Below are positions 31,001 through 43,182 of a stretch of DNA of 64,000 bases, one piece after another (positions within the stretch are counted from its first letter, which is position 1; each line of letters opens with the position of its first letter). Under the pieces are notes generated by a model. The model worked only from the letters and a program-made list of their open reading frames with translations, did not search any database and was not told where the DNA came from. The translations under genes were made by a program, and so were the position numbers. Origin of the DNA: Eledone cirrhosa. Its lineage: Eukaryota. The DNA is taken from assembly GCA_964016885.1 (NCBI GenBank), contig OZ024753.1:26226001-26290000 (forward strand). Reading direction: 5' to 3'.

Positions 31001-33738
31001 AAACCTTTCATCTCAGCCACACAGACTACGGCATGAAAAGGCAAACCTTTCATCTCAGCCACACAGACTACGGCATGAAAAGGCAAACCTTTCATCTCAG
31101 CCACACAGACTACGGCATGAAAAGGCAAACCTTTCATCTCAGCCACACAGACTACGGCATGAAAAGGCAAACCTTTCATCTCAGCCACACAGACTACGGC
31201 ATGAAAAGGCAAACCTTTCATCTCAGCCACACAGACTACGGCATGAAAAGGCAAACCTTTCATCTCAGCCACACAGACTACGGCATGAAAAACAAACCTT
31301 TCATCTCAGCCACACAGACTACGACATGAAAAGGCAAACCTTTCATCTCAGCCACACAGACTACGGCATGAAAAGGCAAACCTTTCATCTCAGCCACACA
31401 GACTACGGCATGAAAAACAAACCTTTCATCTCAGCCACACAGACTACGGCATGAAAAGGCAAACCTTTCATCTCAGCCACACAGACTACGGCATGAAAAG
31501 GCAAACCTTTCATCTCAGCCACACAGACTACGGCATGAAAAGGCAAACCTTTCATCTCAGCCACACAGACTACGGCATGAAAAACAAACCTTTCATCTCA
31601 GCCACACAGACTACGACATGAAAAGGCAAACCTTTCATCTCAGCCACACAGACTACGGCATGAAAAGGCAAACCTTTCATCTCAGCCACACAGACTACGG
31701 CATGAAAAGGCAAACCTTTCATCTCAGCCACACAGACTACGGCATGAAAAGGCAAACCTTTCATCTCAGCCACACAGACTACGGCATGAAAAACAAACCT
31801 TTCATCTCAGCCACACAGACTACGACATGAAAAGGCAAACCTTTCATCTCAGCCACACAGACTACGGCATGAAAAGGCAAACCTTTCATCTCAGCCACAC
31901 AGACTACGGCATGAAAAGGCAAACCTTTCATCTCAGCCACACAGACTACGGCATGAAAAACAAACCTTTCATCTCAGCCACACAGACTACGGCATGAAAA
32001 GGCAAACCTTTCATCTCAGCCACACAGACTACGACATGAAAAGGCAAACCTTTCATCTCAGCCACACAGACTACGGCATGAAAAGGCAAACCTTTCATCT
32101 CAGCCACACAGACTACGGCATGAAAAGGCAAACCTTTCATCTCAGCCACACAGACTACGACATGAAAAGGCAAACCTTTCATCTCAGCCACACAGACTAC
32201 GGCATGAAAAGGCAAACCTTTCATCTCAGCCACACAGACTACGGCATGAAAAGGCAAACCTTTCATCTCAGCCACACAGACTACGACATGAAAAGGCAAA
32301 CCTTTCATCTCAGCCACACAGACTACGGCATGAAAAGGCAAACCTTTCATCTCAGCCACACAGACTACGGTATGAAAAGGCAAACCTTTCATCTCAGCCA
32401 CACAGACTACGGTATGAAAAGGCAAACCTTTCATCTCAGCCACACAGACTACGGTATGAAAAGGCAAACCTTTCATCTCAGCCACACAGACTACGACATG
32501 AAAAACAAACCTTTCATCTCAGCCACACAGACTACGGCATGAAAAGGCAAACCTTTCATCTCAGCCACACAGACTACGACATGAAAAGGCAAACCTTTCA
32601 TCTCAGCCACACAGACTACGGTATGAAAAGGCAAACCTTTCATCTCAGCCACACAGACTACGACATGAAAAGGCAAACCTTTCATCTCAGCCACACAGAC
32701 TACGGCATGAAAAGGCAAACCTTTCATCTCAGCCACACAGACTACGACATGAAAAGGCAAACCTTTCATCTCAGCCACACAGACTACGGTATGAAAAGGC
32801 AAACCTTTCATCTCAGCCACACAGACTACGACATGAAAAACAAACCTTTCATCTCAGCCACACAGACTACGGCATGAAAAGGCAAACCTTTCATCTCAGC
32901 CACACAGACTACGACATGAAAAGGCAAACCTTTCATCTCAGCCACACAGACTACGGTATGAAAAGGCAAACCTTTCATCTCAGCCACACAGACTACGACA
33001 TGAAAAGGCAAACCTTTCATCTCAGCCACACAGACTACGGCATGAAAAGGCAAACCTTTCATCTCAGCCACACAGACTACGACATGAAAAGGCAAACCTT
33101 TCATCTCAGCCACACAGACTACGGTATGAAAAGGCAAACCTTTCATCTCAGCCACACAGACTACGGTATGAAAAGGCAAACCTTTCATCTCAGCCACACA
33201 GACTACGACATGAAAAGGCAAACCTTTCATCTCAGCCACACAGACTACGGTATGAAAAGGCAAACCTTTCATCTCAGCCACACAGACTACGACATGAAAA
33301 GCAAACCTTTCATCTCAGCCACACAGACTACGGCATGAAAAGGCAAACCTTTCATCTCAGCCACACAGACTACGACATGAAAAGGCAAACCTTTCATCTC
33401 AGCCACACAGACTACGGCATGAAAAGGCAAACCTTTCATCTCAGCACACAGACTACGACATGAAAAGGCAAACCTTTCATCTCAGCCACACAGACTACGG
33501 CATGAAAAGGCAAACCTTTCATCTCAGCCACACAGACTACGACATGAAAAGGCAAACCTTTCATCTCAGCCACACAGACTACGGCATGAAAAGGCAAACC
33601 TTTCATCTCAGCCACACAGACTACGACATGAAAAGGCAAACCTTTCATCTCAGCCACACCAGAACCTCACGGCATGAAAAACAAACCTTTCATCTCAGCC
33701 ACACAGACTACGGCATGAAAAGGCAAACCTTTCATCTC
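7035..33738. repeat. 42/41-bp minisatellite/satellite array (~640 monomers by length), truncated by assembly gap
   Basis: Consensus ATGAAAAGGCAAACCTTTCATCTCAGCCACACAGACTACGGC; 41-bp variant ATGAAAAACAAACC; highly homogeneous. Confidence 0.99.
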
Positions 33739-33938
33739 NNNNNNNNNNNNNNNNNNNNNNNNNNNNNNNNNNNNNNNNNNNNNNNNNNNNNNNNNNNNNN
33801 NNNNNNNNNNNNNNNNNNNNNNNNNNNNNNNNNNNNNNNNNNNNNNNNNNNNNNNNNNNNNNNNNNNNNNNNNNNNNNNNNNNNNNNNNNNNNNNNNNNN
33901 NNNNNNNNNNNNNNNNNNNNNNNNNNNNNNNNNNNNNN
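33739..33938. other. Assembly gap (200 N)
   Basis: Run of n characters. Confidence 1.
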
Positions 33939-36325
33939 AAGAAAGAGAGAGAGAAAAAGAAAGAAAAAAAGAAAAAAAAAGAGAAAGAGAGAGATACCAA
34001 AACAGCAGAGAGAGAAAAATATAGAGGTAGAGAGGGGACAGAGAGAAGGGGAGAGAACGAAAACATTAAGTCATATCTTGTTGAGTTAGCTTAACAATTG
34101 AGATGAAATGAATAAATCAAATTAGAAATGTTAATAATCATGAATGGAATATATATATATAATATGAGAAATTAATCCTTGTTTAAATATGATTAGATGT
34201 TTAGTTAAAAAATTGAGATCAATATATTAAAAATTGGGATTAAGAAATCCATATATTACTAAAGAACTACATATCCTATAACACGCAAAAATACATATAT
34301 ACGCACTTATAAAATACATACCATATCTAACTACGTATATAATATATACACACAAGGCATAAAGGATTCTTTAATTTAATGTTATACACACTTTATGTTA
34401 TTAAATAAAAAAAATTTTAATATATATATATATATAAGATTACCTGTTATGTATTTATGGCTGTTAATTATATGTCTATCTGTCAGGAATCAATTGGGAT
34501 AAACATAAGTGCAATCAAATTGTATGGATATACACGCACATGCACACACTTAATTCTCACATATATATATATATATATATATACATGTGTGTGTACCCTC
34601 AGCCAATAGGTAGATACGCAACACGCATACACACACATACAGACAGACATATATTCATAAAACCGCATAGAACATATGTACATGTATGTCAATATACACA
34701 TATACATATATACTCACATATAGAGAGAAGTATACATCAATACAGTAGATAGTATAATTGAGTACATAAAATACAAAAGGATTATATTACAATTTGGAAA
34801 TATAATTATAGCAATATAACTTTAAAAGCAATACCATTTTAAAATATTAGAGTATTTTAAGTTAAAATAATAGTATGTTTAATAGATTTAGTATAGAAAT
34901 TTATCTTACGTATATTTAACTCAAAATACTGAAAGGATAAACTTTCGAAAATATGAGAAGCTATCAGAACAATAATAAGAAAACAATAAAAATAAAAGAT
35001 AAAAAATAAACAATAAAAAATAACTAAAATAAATAAAAAATATATAAAAAATAATTAAAAATAATTAAAAATAATTAAAAAAAATAATAATTAAAATTAC
35101 AAAATAATTAAAAAATAATTAAAAAATAATAAAAAAATAATTTAAAAAATAAAAAAAATAATTTAAAAAAAAAATAAATAAAAAAAAAATTAAAAAAAAA
35201 TAAATAAAAAGAAAATAAAAAAAAAAAGAAAATAAAAAAAAAATTTAAAAAAATAAATAAATAAATAAAAGAATAAAAAAATAAAAGAAGAAATAGGAAA
35301 TATATTCTCCTTTCAAGAGCTCTCAGTATATTTCTCTAGAATAGTTTTTTATATTTATATTTATATTTAGGAAGAAAAGTTATTTATACTTGAATGTTTA
35401 ATCAAAAAAAGTGAAGGAATCTAATGATTTATCGGCAGGTTCCATAATTTAATAAAATTAATTAATTAATTATATACTACATTTTAAATTTAAGTTTAAT
35501 CTATGTCTGCAGCAACTGAATAAATTATTCCTTCAGTTCAGGGAATTTTTGGTCTTTAATATAAAGAATATTTTCTCTATACAAAGATCGCAATTTTCTG
35601 AAGAGGAGTTAAAAGGAGTAGCTTATGAAATAATATTCCAAATCAACGAATATTCAACGTTCTCTAGTTTCAGGTCCCATAATAGACTAGATAGAGAAGT
35701 TGAAGATTTTTTGTTTGGATCTGTAAAATAATTTTTATGATTATTGAAGCGGGATTTAAACTCTGTGGAGGTAGATCCCACATAATTAAATGAATTTAAA
35801 TTAGTTTTTACATTACAATTATATACTACATTTTTAGCTAAGCAATTGTTATTTAACGGAGTTAGATTTATTTCTACAGTTACATTTATCAGATTGAATA
35901 TTGCTTGGGTATTTTGGTATTTTGGTTAGGTTTTAAATTTCTATTATTAATTCTATTAATATTTTGCGCTAAATTTTTGGTGGAAGAATAAGTTAATTTT
36001 ATATGTCTATTAAAAATTGAGTAATATCTATGTGTTCTAGGGAAGCATTTGTCAAGAGCTTTAAAGAATAGTTTAGCAATAGGGGTTTTAATATTTAATG
36101 AGAAAGGAGGAGGAGCGAACCATAATATGTTCCTAGTTCTATTTCTTTTTCGGCTTTCGGAATTAATGTAAGGTTTTCTATTATAGTTGTTAAAATTGTT
36201 ACCATAGTTAAAATTGTTACGATTATGGTTAGTTGTTATATTATTATTATTATCGATGTATTTAATTTTATTTCTATACCCAGCTCTATCTAAGGCTTCG
36301 TTGTAATAATGTGCTTTTTCATATA
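33939..36325 (-). mobile_element. 5'-truncated Penelope-like retroelement (Naiad-type) copy 1: RT thumb/linker, GIY-YIG endonuclease and AT-rich 3' region
   Basis: ORF 35889-36332 has RNILWFAPPPFS..KTPIAKLFF..DKCFP..IFNR. Frameshifted continuation has VVY..YVGST and C-terminal NCDLCIE. 3' region is homologous to ~37700-39300. Confidence 0.8.
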
Positions 36326-36593
36326 CATACATATATATATATTGAGTTAAGAACTCAGGGTAGTCCCTTACAATTAAATAGCTCTAAGAAAAAAGCTTTT
36401 CCAAGCCGTACAATATAATTGAATAAACAAGAGATGAACACTAATATACATGTGTTCGAATCGTCAGGACTAAAATTTGCTAGGGTGAAAGAATACTAAC
36501 TACAGCAATATAGTTGGTTATCCTTAACTTCAAATATTAAATTAAGAAAAATTAAGAAAAATAACAAACCTATATTGGGCAAATATGCCTGGT

Positions 36594-36675
36594 AACAACT
36601 AGACAGTGTTGGAGACTGTTTCGCAACGACTTATTAAGTGAAGTTTTCACGTTTCTCTGATCTTCAGTAGTTGTT
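36594..36675 (-). ncRNA. Type I hammerhead ribozyme, GUC site
   Basis: AACAACTA-CTGAAGA-tCAGAGA..TCGTTGC-GAAA-CAGT-ctccaac-ACTG-TC|TAGTTGTT. 8-bp stem I, 5-bp stem III; first stem II base is T instead of G. Confidence 0.75.
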
Positions 36676-36854
36676 GAGAAATGTGTCGGCTCCATTATGT
36701 AGAGCTAATGTTTATTGTCCTGTCAGCCAGGCTGCTATTTTTAGCGGCAGGGAATTTCGAGACAAGCTCGGTTCCAAATGACACGTGTGATAATTCATAT
36801 CGTACACAATTCATTCTCTAATATTTTTAGAAGTAAAAGGATCACTAATTTCTC

Positions 36855-36935
36855 AACAACTACTGAGGAGCAGAGAAACGGGAAAACTTCACTTAATAAG
36901 TCGTTGCGAACAGTCTCCAACACTGTCTAGTTGTT
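36855..36935 (+). ncRNA. Hammerhead motif (inverted copy), GAAA lacks one A
   Basis: AACAACTA-CTGAGGA-GCAGAGA..TCGTTGC-GAA-CAGT..ACTG-TC|TAGTTGTT; probably inactive. Confidence 0.65.
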
Positions 36936-37202
36936 ACCAGGCATATTTTCCCAATATAGGTCTGTTATTTTTCTTAATTTTTCTTAATTTTAATATTTAA
37001 AGTTAAGGATAACAAACTATATTGCTGTAGTTAGTATTCTTTCACCCTAGAAAACTTTAGTCCTTACGATTCGAACACATGTATGTTTATATTAGTGTTC
37101 ATCTCTCTTGTTTATTCAATTATATATACATACATATATATATATACATATATATATATATACATACATATATACATACATATATATATATATACATATA
37201 TA

Positions 37203-37238
<36 letters not shown>

Positions 37239-37252
37239 CATATATATATATG

Positions 37253-37322
<70 letters not shown>

Positions 37323-37450
37323 AAAGTTCTATTTCAAATTGTTGGGATACAACAAGTAAATATTTTTATAACTGATATAAAGCACTCGACAAGTATTTGG
37401 AGTAGATATACGATATTAATTAATGGAAACTATATTTATAAAACCATATT

Positions 37451-37515
37451 TATTTCATTATACATATTTCAGGGATACCAAATTAAATTATGGTATGCCT
37501 TCATCAGACAAAATA
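37451..37515 (-). ncRNA. Minimal type I hammerhead in the Naiad 3' pLTR
   Basis: TATTTTGT-CTGATGA-AGGcATACCA..TGGTATcCCT-GAAA-TATGTATA|ATGAAATA; AUA triplet. Confidence 0.65.
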
Positions 37516-38121
37516 CAATATATAACAGTTTTACAAATAAGCTTTGACGTACCCTTTTAAAATGCAACCATTATTTTTGGAAGCCATCTGGATAGTGAAT
37601 TGTTTATATTATTTTAATAAGTCTTAGTGTTAAGGACAATTAGAAAAAGACGGAGAGAAAGAAAAAAGACGGAGAGAGAGAAAAAAGAAAAAGAAAAAAA
37701 CCTGGAGAAATATCGGAGAGAGAGAAATGCATGGAGAAAAAAAAGAGAGTTAAATAAAGACAGGAGGAAAGAAAGAAAAAAGAAAAAAGAAAAAAGATAA
37801 AAGAAAAAAGGAAGAAATAAGAAAAACAGAGGAAAGCAACAGAGAGATATCAAGTCATCAGACAGATAGAAAAACTCAAGAGAGAGAAATAATATATAGA
37901 GAGAGGGGGAGATAATGAAAACTTTACGTCATGTCATATTAAGTTGAGTTAACAATTTATATGAAATGAATAATAAAAATATAAATATTAATATTCATGA
38001 ATGGGACATAAATATATAATATGAGAAATTAAACATTGTTTAATAATGATTATATGTTTAGTTTAAAACTTGAGATCAATACACTAAAATTTGAGAAACC
38101 ACTATCTTACGGCAAAGATAG

Positions 38122-38209
<88 letters not shown>

Positions 38210-40198
38210 TCAGGTCTACAATATAGATATACAAAACGCAAATGATTTCTCTTAATCACTGCCTTGTGTTATAAAAAGTTCACAGTATATATACATAAAT
38301 ATATACGATTAACATTCATGCCTTCATATATACGATTACCATTCATGCATTTAACATTCTGTTAAAATTATGCGTATCTGCAATCAAAACTGCGTGGGTA
38401 GCATGCACACACATAACTCTCACCCACTCACACACATATACATATATATATATACACATACATATGTATAAATAAATATTTGCGTGCGTCTTCACCAATT
38501 GTTAGACCCGCATCGCTCATGTACACATACAGACAGATATACAATCATAAAAAAAACCTATAACACTTTTATATGCATGTTAATACACACATACACATCT
38601 GTATAGAGATAATCAAATATCAATATATTACTAAAGGATTACTTTGGAAATATAATTATAACAATATAAATTTAAAATACCAAAGGATTATATTTTGGAA
38701 ATACAATTATATCAGTATAGTCTAAAGGACAAACGAATTCTAGAGATATCAAAACATTAAATATCTTTAAAAACACTATAGAGTATCTTAAGTTAAAATA
38801 ATATGTTTCATATATTTAGTATAGAAATTTATCCTACGTATATTTTAATCAAGATATTGAAAGGGTAGACTTATGAAAATTATGAGAAGCTATCAGAATC
38901 AAAACAAACCTAATAAATAAAAATAAAAATAAAAATAAAAATAAAAATAAAAATAAAAATAAAATAAATATTATATCAATATAATTTAAAAATTTTAAAA
39001 AGTTTAAAAAATTTAAAAAAGCCAAGGATTCTACAGATATCCTTATATTTAGTATAGAAATTTACCTTACGTATATTTTATTTAAGACATTGGAAGTATA
39101 AACATTTTAGAGTAGTTAATTATATCTATGTTTATATTTAGGAAGAAAATTTAAAAATAAAAAAATAAAAAAATAAAAAGGTGAAGGAATCTAATGATTT
39201 ATCGACAGGTTTCATATATTAACTAAATTACTTAATTATTTATACTACATTTTAAATTTATATTTATATTTAAACGTTGAGTTCAATCTATGTCTGCAGC
39301 AACTGAATAAATTATTCCTTAAATTAAGGGAATTTTTGGACTTATTAAAGAATATTTCTTCAATACAAAGATCACAATTTTCTGAAGAGGAATTAAAAGG
39401 AGTAGCTTATGAAATAATATTCCAAGTCATCGAATATTTAACATTATCTCGTTTAAGGTCCCATAGTAGGCTAGATAGCGAAGTTGAAGATTTTTTGTTT
39501 TGATCTGTGAAAGAATTTTTATGATTATTGAAGCGAAATTTAAATTCTGTAGAGGTAGAACCGACATAGTTAAATGAATTTAAATTAGTTTTAACATTAC
39601 AATTGTACACTACATTTTTAGCTAAGCAGTTGTTATTTAACGGACAGTTAGATTTATTTCTACAGTTACAGTTATTCAATTGAATATTGCTTGGGTTATT
39701 ATTGGTATTTTGGTTAGGTTTTAAGTTTCTATTATTAATTCTATTATTAATTCTATTCATGAATATTAATATTTATATTTTTATTATTCATTTCATATAA
39801 ATTGTTAACTCAACTTAATATGACATGACGTAAAGTTTTCATTATCTCCCCCTCTCTCTATATATTATTTCTCTCTCTTGAGTTTTTCTATCTGTCTGAT
39901 GACTTGATATCTCTCTGTTGCTTTCCTCTGTTTTTCTTATTTCTTCCTTTTTTCTTTTTTCTTTTTTTTCTTTCTTTTCTCCATGCATTTCTCTCTCTCC
40001 GATATTTCTCCAGGTTTTTTCTTTTTCTTTTTTCTCTCTCTCCGTCTTTTTTCTTTCTCTCCGTCTTTTTCTAATTGTCCTTAACACTAAGACTTATTAA
40101 AATAATATAAACAATTCACTATCCAGATGGCTTCCAAAAATAATGGTTGCATTTTAAAAGGGTACGTCAAAGCTTATTTGTAAAACTGTTATATATTG

Positions 40199-40263
40199 TA
40201 TTTTGTCTGATGAAGGCATACCATAATTTAATTTGGTATCCCTGAAATATGTATAATGAAATA
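40199..40263 (+). ncRNA. Minimal type I hammerhead (inverted copy of 37451-37515)
   Basis: Same motif read on the plus strand. Confidence 0.65.
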
Positions 40264-40303
40264 AATATGGTTTTATAAATATAGTTTCCATTTATTAATA
40301 TCG

Positions 40304-40341
<38 letters not shown>

Positions 40342-40347
40342 ACAAAC

Positions 40348-40842
40348 ATGGCTGTCCGCCAGAAAAGTTTTGCTGTCAGTTTGTTACAAATGTGTAAAGT
40401 GCCAACAAGGTCATCGAGTTATCTGAAGAATTTGCAGGGGATTTTACAGTCTGAATATACAGTTGAAGAACTGAAGAAGAAAATTAAAGCCGAAATGTTT
40501 AATATTGAAAGACAAGACCAAAAATATCGTCCAGAGAGGCACAAAATATTGGGCCCAGATTTGGCTTCGGCCCATTTTCTATTGGCTCGTGGGGCGTCTG
40601 TCAAGTTTGTAGATGACGATATGCGGCATGTAGCAATCCAGAAGAAAATACTGTTACCAAGACACCAAATAGAAGGACTCTGCATTGATGCTGCCAACAC
40701 ACGACTCATGTATGAAGGTTTTGAAAATTTAGACTCACTTGTTCTGAGGGATCTACCACATCTTAAACAATTGGAATTTGTAGTTATTTTGTTTCAAGAC
40801 CTTCATCCCAACTGTCGTATTCTTACTTCCACACTTGAATAA
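40348..40842 (+). pseudogene. DMAC2: Intronless DMAC2/ATP5SL-like retrocopy (complex I distal membrane-arm assembly factor), internally deleted but with an open 164-codon frame
   Basis: QKYRPERHKILGPDLASAHFLLARGASVKF..LP..IDAANTRLMYEGFENL resembles DMAC2/ATP5SL (recognised from memory). AAACATGG start, no introns, starts right after a TA/TG tract, AATAAA at ~40921. The central leucine-rich repeats appear to be missing. Confidence 0.7.
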
Positions 40843-41143
40843 ATGTCTCCGTAAGAAATATCCCCAAAAGAGCATTTATCGTCAACGTAACAAAAACTCA
40901 TTTTAGTATTTAGTTTCTTAAATAAATATCTAAACTATTTATATTCTTTAACCATTTCATTACCAGATTTCTAATGAAATACACTGCCTATGGTTGTTGA
41001 TTATCAAGAATTTAGAAGGATTTAGTAATACAACTAATGTTTTCGTCATTAATCCTTTTGTTACGATATTTCTAATGAAATATACTGCCTATGGTTTTCA
41101 TTCAATTTTGAAAATTATCAAGAATTTATAAGGATTTAATAAT

Positions 41144-41472
41144 ATGGAGGTACATGGCTTAGTGGTTAGAGCATTGGCTTTGCAATTGAAAGGTTGTGAG
41201 TTCAATTCTCAGACCGGGTGATGTGTTGTTTCCTTGAGCAAGACACTTTATTTCAGTTTATTCAGCTGTAGAAATGAGATGATAGGGGCTGGGGTCCATA
41301 TCATTCCACTGCAAAGTGGTCGTGGAGGTGCCACAGCAAAAAAGCACCCAGCACTCACTGTAAATGAGGTTGGTGTTAGGAAGGGCATCCAGCTGTAGAA
41401 ATCAGGCCAGAATCAGTTCCCATCCCACCCTTGCAAGCAGGGAAAAGCAGACGTAAAATGATGATGATGATG
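41144..41472 (+). mobile_element. tRNA-derived CORE-type SINE with RTE-like (TGA)n tail
   Basis: A box TGGCTTAGTGG, B box GAGTTCAATTC, CORE-like TGTTTCCTTGAGCAAGACACTT, tail GGAAGGGCATCCAGCTGTAGAAA..GACGTAAAATGATGATGATG. Confidence 0.8.
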
Positions 41473-41490
41473 ATTATATATATATATATA

Positions 41491-41660
41491 TATGCAGAGG
41501 TTGTATTTAATTTGTTGGGATGCAACAAGCTTATAAAATGTTATAACTGATATAAAGCACTCAACAATGAAGTGGAGTAAATATTCAATATATTAATAAA
41601 TGGAAACTTTATTTATAAAACCATAATTATTTTATTATATATATTTCAAGGGCAACCAAG
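41491..41660 (-). mobile_element. Fragment of the Naiad 3' terminus (homologous to 37320-37480)
   Basis: TGTTGGGAT(G/A)CAACAAG..ATAACTGATATAAAGCACTC..AATGGAAAC..ATTTATAAAACCATA shared with 37320-37480. Confidence 0.7.
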
Positions 41661-41712
41661 GCAAATTTTGGTGCGAAACGGCTTGAGCTCAGCCGTCGGG
41701 GTCTTACTTGTT

Positions 41713-41765
<53 letters not shown>

Positions 41766-41882
41766 GTTTGTGTGTATATATATATGTATATATTTGTATG
41801 TGTGTTTGTGTATATATATATGTATATGTGTGTGTATGTGTGTGTGTATGTATGTGTATGTATATATATATATGTATGTATG

Positions 41883-41914
<32 letters not shown>

Positions 41915-41916
41915 AG

Positions 41917-41967
<51 letters not shown>

Positions 41968-42063
41968 ATGTATGTGTATGCATGTATGTATGTTTGTATA
42001 TATGTATATGCGTGTATATGTGTGTGTATATGTATATATATATTTATTAAAATAACAGATTAA

Positions 42064-42114
42064 AGTTTAAGCAAAGAATCGCTGCTTTCACCCTTAACGG
42101 GATCTTCTGAAACT
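42064..42114 (-). ncRNA. Hammerhead-like motif with CAGAAGA core (U4->A)
   Basis: AGTTT-CAGAAGA-TCCC-gttaa-GGGT-GAAA-GCA-gcgattctt-TGC-TT|AAACT. Confidence 0.55.
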
Positions 42115-42519
42115 AACAAAGTCAATCTGTAAACGCAGAACTGGATATTTCAAAAAACGTTGCAACCGGAGGAAGACAGGAAGACGATACTTTGGTTCGT
42201 GGAAACGTTCGCAGCGGAGATTCATTTGGTCTCCTAGTTAGAATTTTAGTCTACAACTTCTGCTATACCATTTACGTGGTTCGTCTTTGCGTGCTATTGT
42301 TCTCCACGCTCCACATATGATTTATTATCTTCGTTTTTTCGTTCATTGCCAGAGAACGTCTCTATGCACCACCTAAGAGAACATTAGTCTGCGACCTCTT
42401 TTATGCCATAAACGTGGTTCTGTCTTTGCGCGTAATTGTTTTTCACCGCTCCTGACGTATTATTCGGTTGCAACGTTTTTTTGAAATATCCAGTTCTGCG
42501 TTTACAGATTGACTTTGTT

Positions 42520-42570
42520 AGTTTCAGAAGATCCCGTTAAGGGTGAAAGCAGCGATTCTTTGCTTAAACT
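42520..42570 (+). ncRNA. Hammerhead-like motif with CAGAAGA core (U4->A)
   Basis: Inverted copy of 42064-42114. Confidence 0.55.
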
Positions 42571-42679
42571 TTAATCTGTTATTTTAATAAATATTTGCTC
42601 TACGGTTCTTATATATTTGATATATATTTTCCTTCTCGAGCCCTCTTTGAATTTTAGTCTTCAATTTTATTATTATTAC

Positions 42680-42712
<33 letters not shown>

Positions 42713-42749
42713 ATAGGTGTGTATATATATATATATATATTTATGTGTT

Positions 42750-42836
<87 letters not shown>

Positions 42837-42878
42837 GTATGTATATATATATATATATGTGTATGTGTATATATATGT

Positions 42879-42928
<50 letters not shown>

Positions 42929-43107
42929 ATATGTATATGTGTGTGTATATGTATATATATATATATATGCACATATACATATATATGTGTATGTATGTAT
43001 ATGTATGTGTATATGTATATATGTATATATATGTATATATTGTGTATGTATGTATATATGTATGTATATGTATGTGTGTATATATATGTGTGTATGTGTA
43101 TGTATGT

Positions 43108-43179
<72 letters not shown>

Positions 43180-43182
<3 letters not shown>

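Larger units (their letters stand above)
36413..37125. repeat. ~270-bp inverted repeat (arms 36413-36682 and 36848-37125), pLTR-like, each arm carrying a hammerhead
   Basis: Arms are near-exact reverse complements around a ~165-bp spacer. Confidence 0.9.
37320..40307 (-). mobile_element. 5'-truncated Naiad-type Penelope-like element copy 2 with inverted duplication of its 3' end (37406-38001 vs 39755-40307)
   Basis: ORF 39407-39760: CNCRNKSNCPLNNNC (CxCx5Cx5C), VVY..YVGSTSTEFKFRFNNHKNSF (GIY-YIG), then a stop followed by ATPFNSSSENCDLC. Inverted arm visible by reverse complement. Confidence 0.85.
42041..42593. repeat. ~128-bp inverted repeat (42041-42168 / 42465-42593); spacer has a diverged direct duplication
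   Basis: Arms are reverse complements. Part of the arm recurs at 58011-58080. Confidence 0.9.

Noticed and set aside
7035-33738. CRISPR-like array
   Set aside because: No unique spacers, no cas genes, eukaryotic context.
7035-33738. Hammerhead-like string on the satellite minus strand (CTGAGA-T-GAAA-GG-tttg-CC-TT)
   Set aside because: Core lacks N7, there is no stem II and stem I does not pair; judged coincidental.
7021-34089. Long ORFs on both strands (MKRQTFHLSHTDYG)n and (MAEMKGLPFHAVVCV)n, up to ~1230 aa
   Set aside because: A by-product of a 42-bp (14-codon) monomer lacking stops in some frames. Frames are broken repeatedly by 41-bp units and there are no unique termini.
35594-35632. 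CTGAAGA..GAAA on the plus strand (also ~39382-39415)
   Set aside because: Antisense of Penelope endonuclease codons; no flanking stems.
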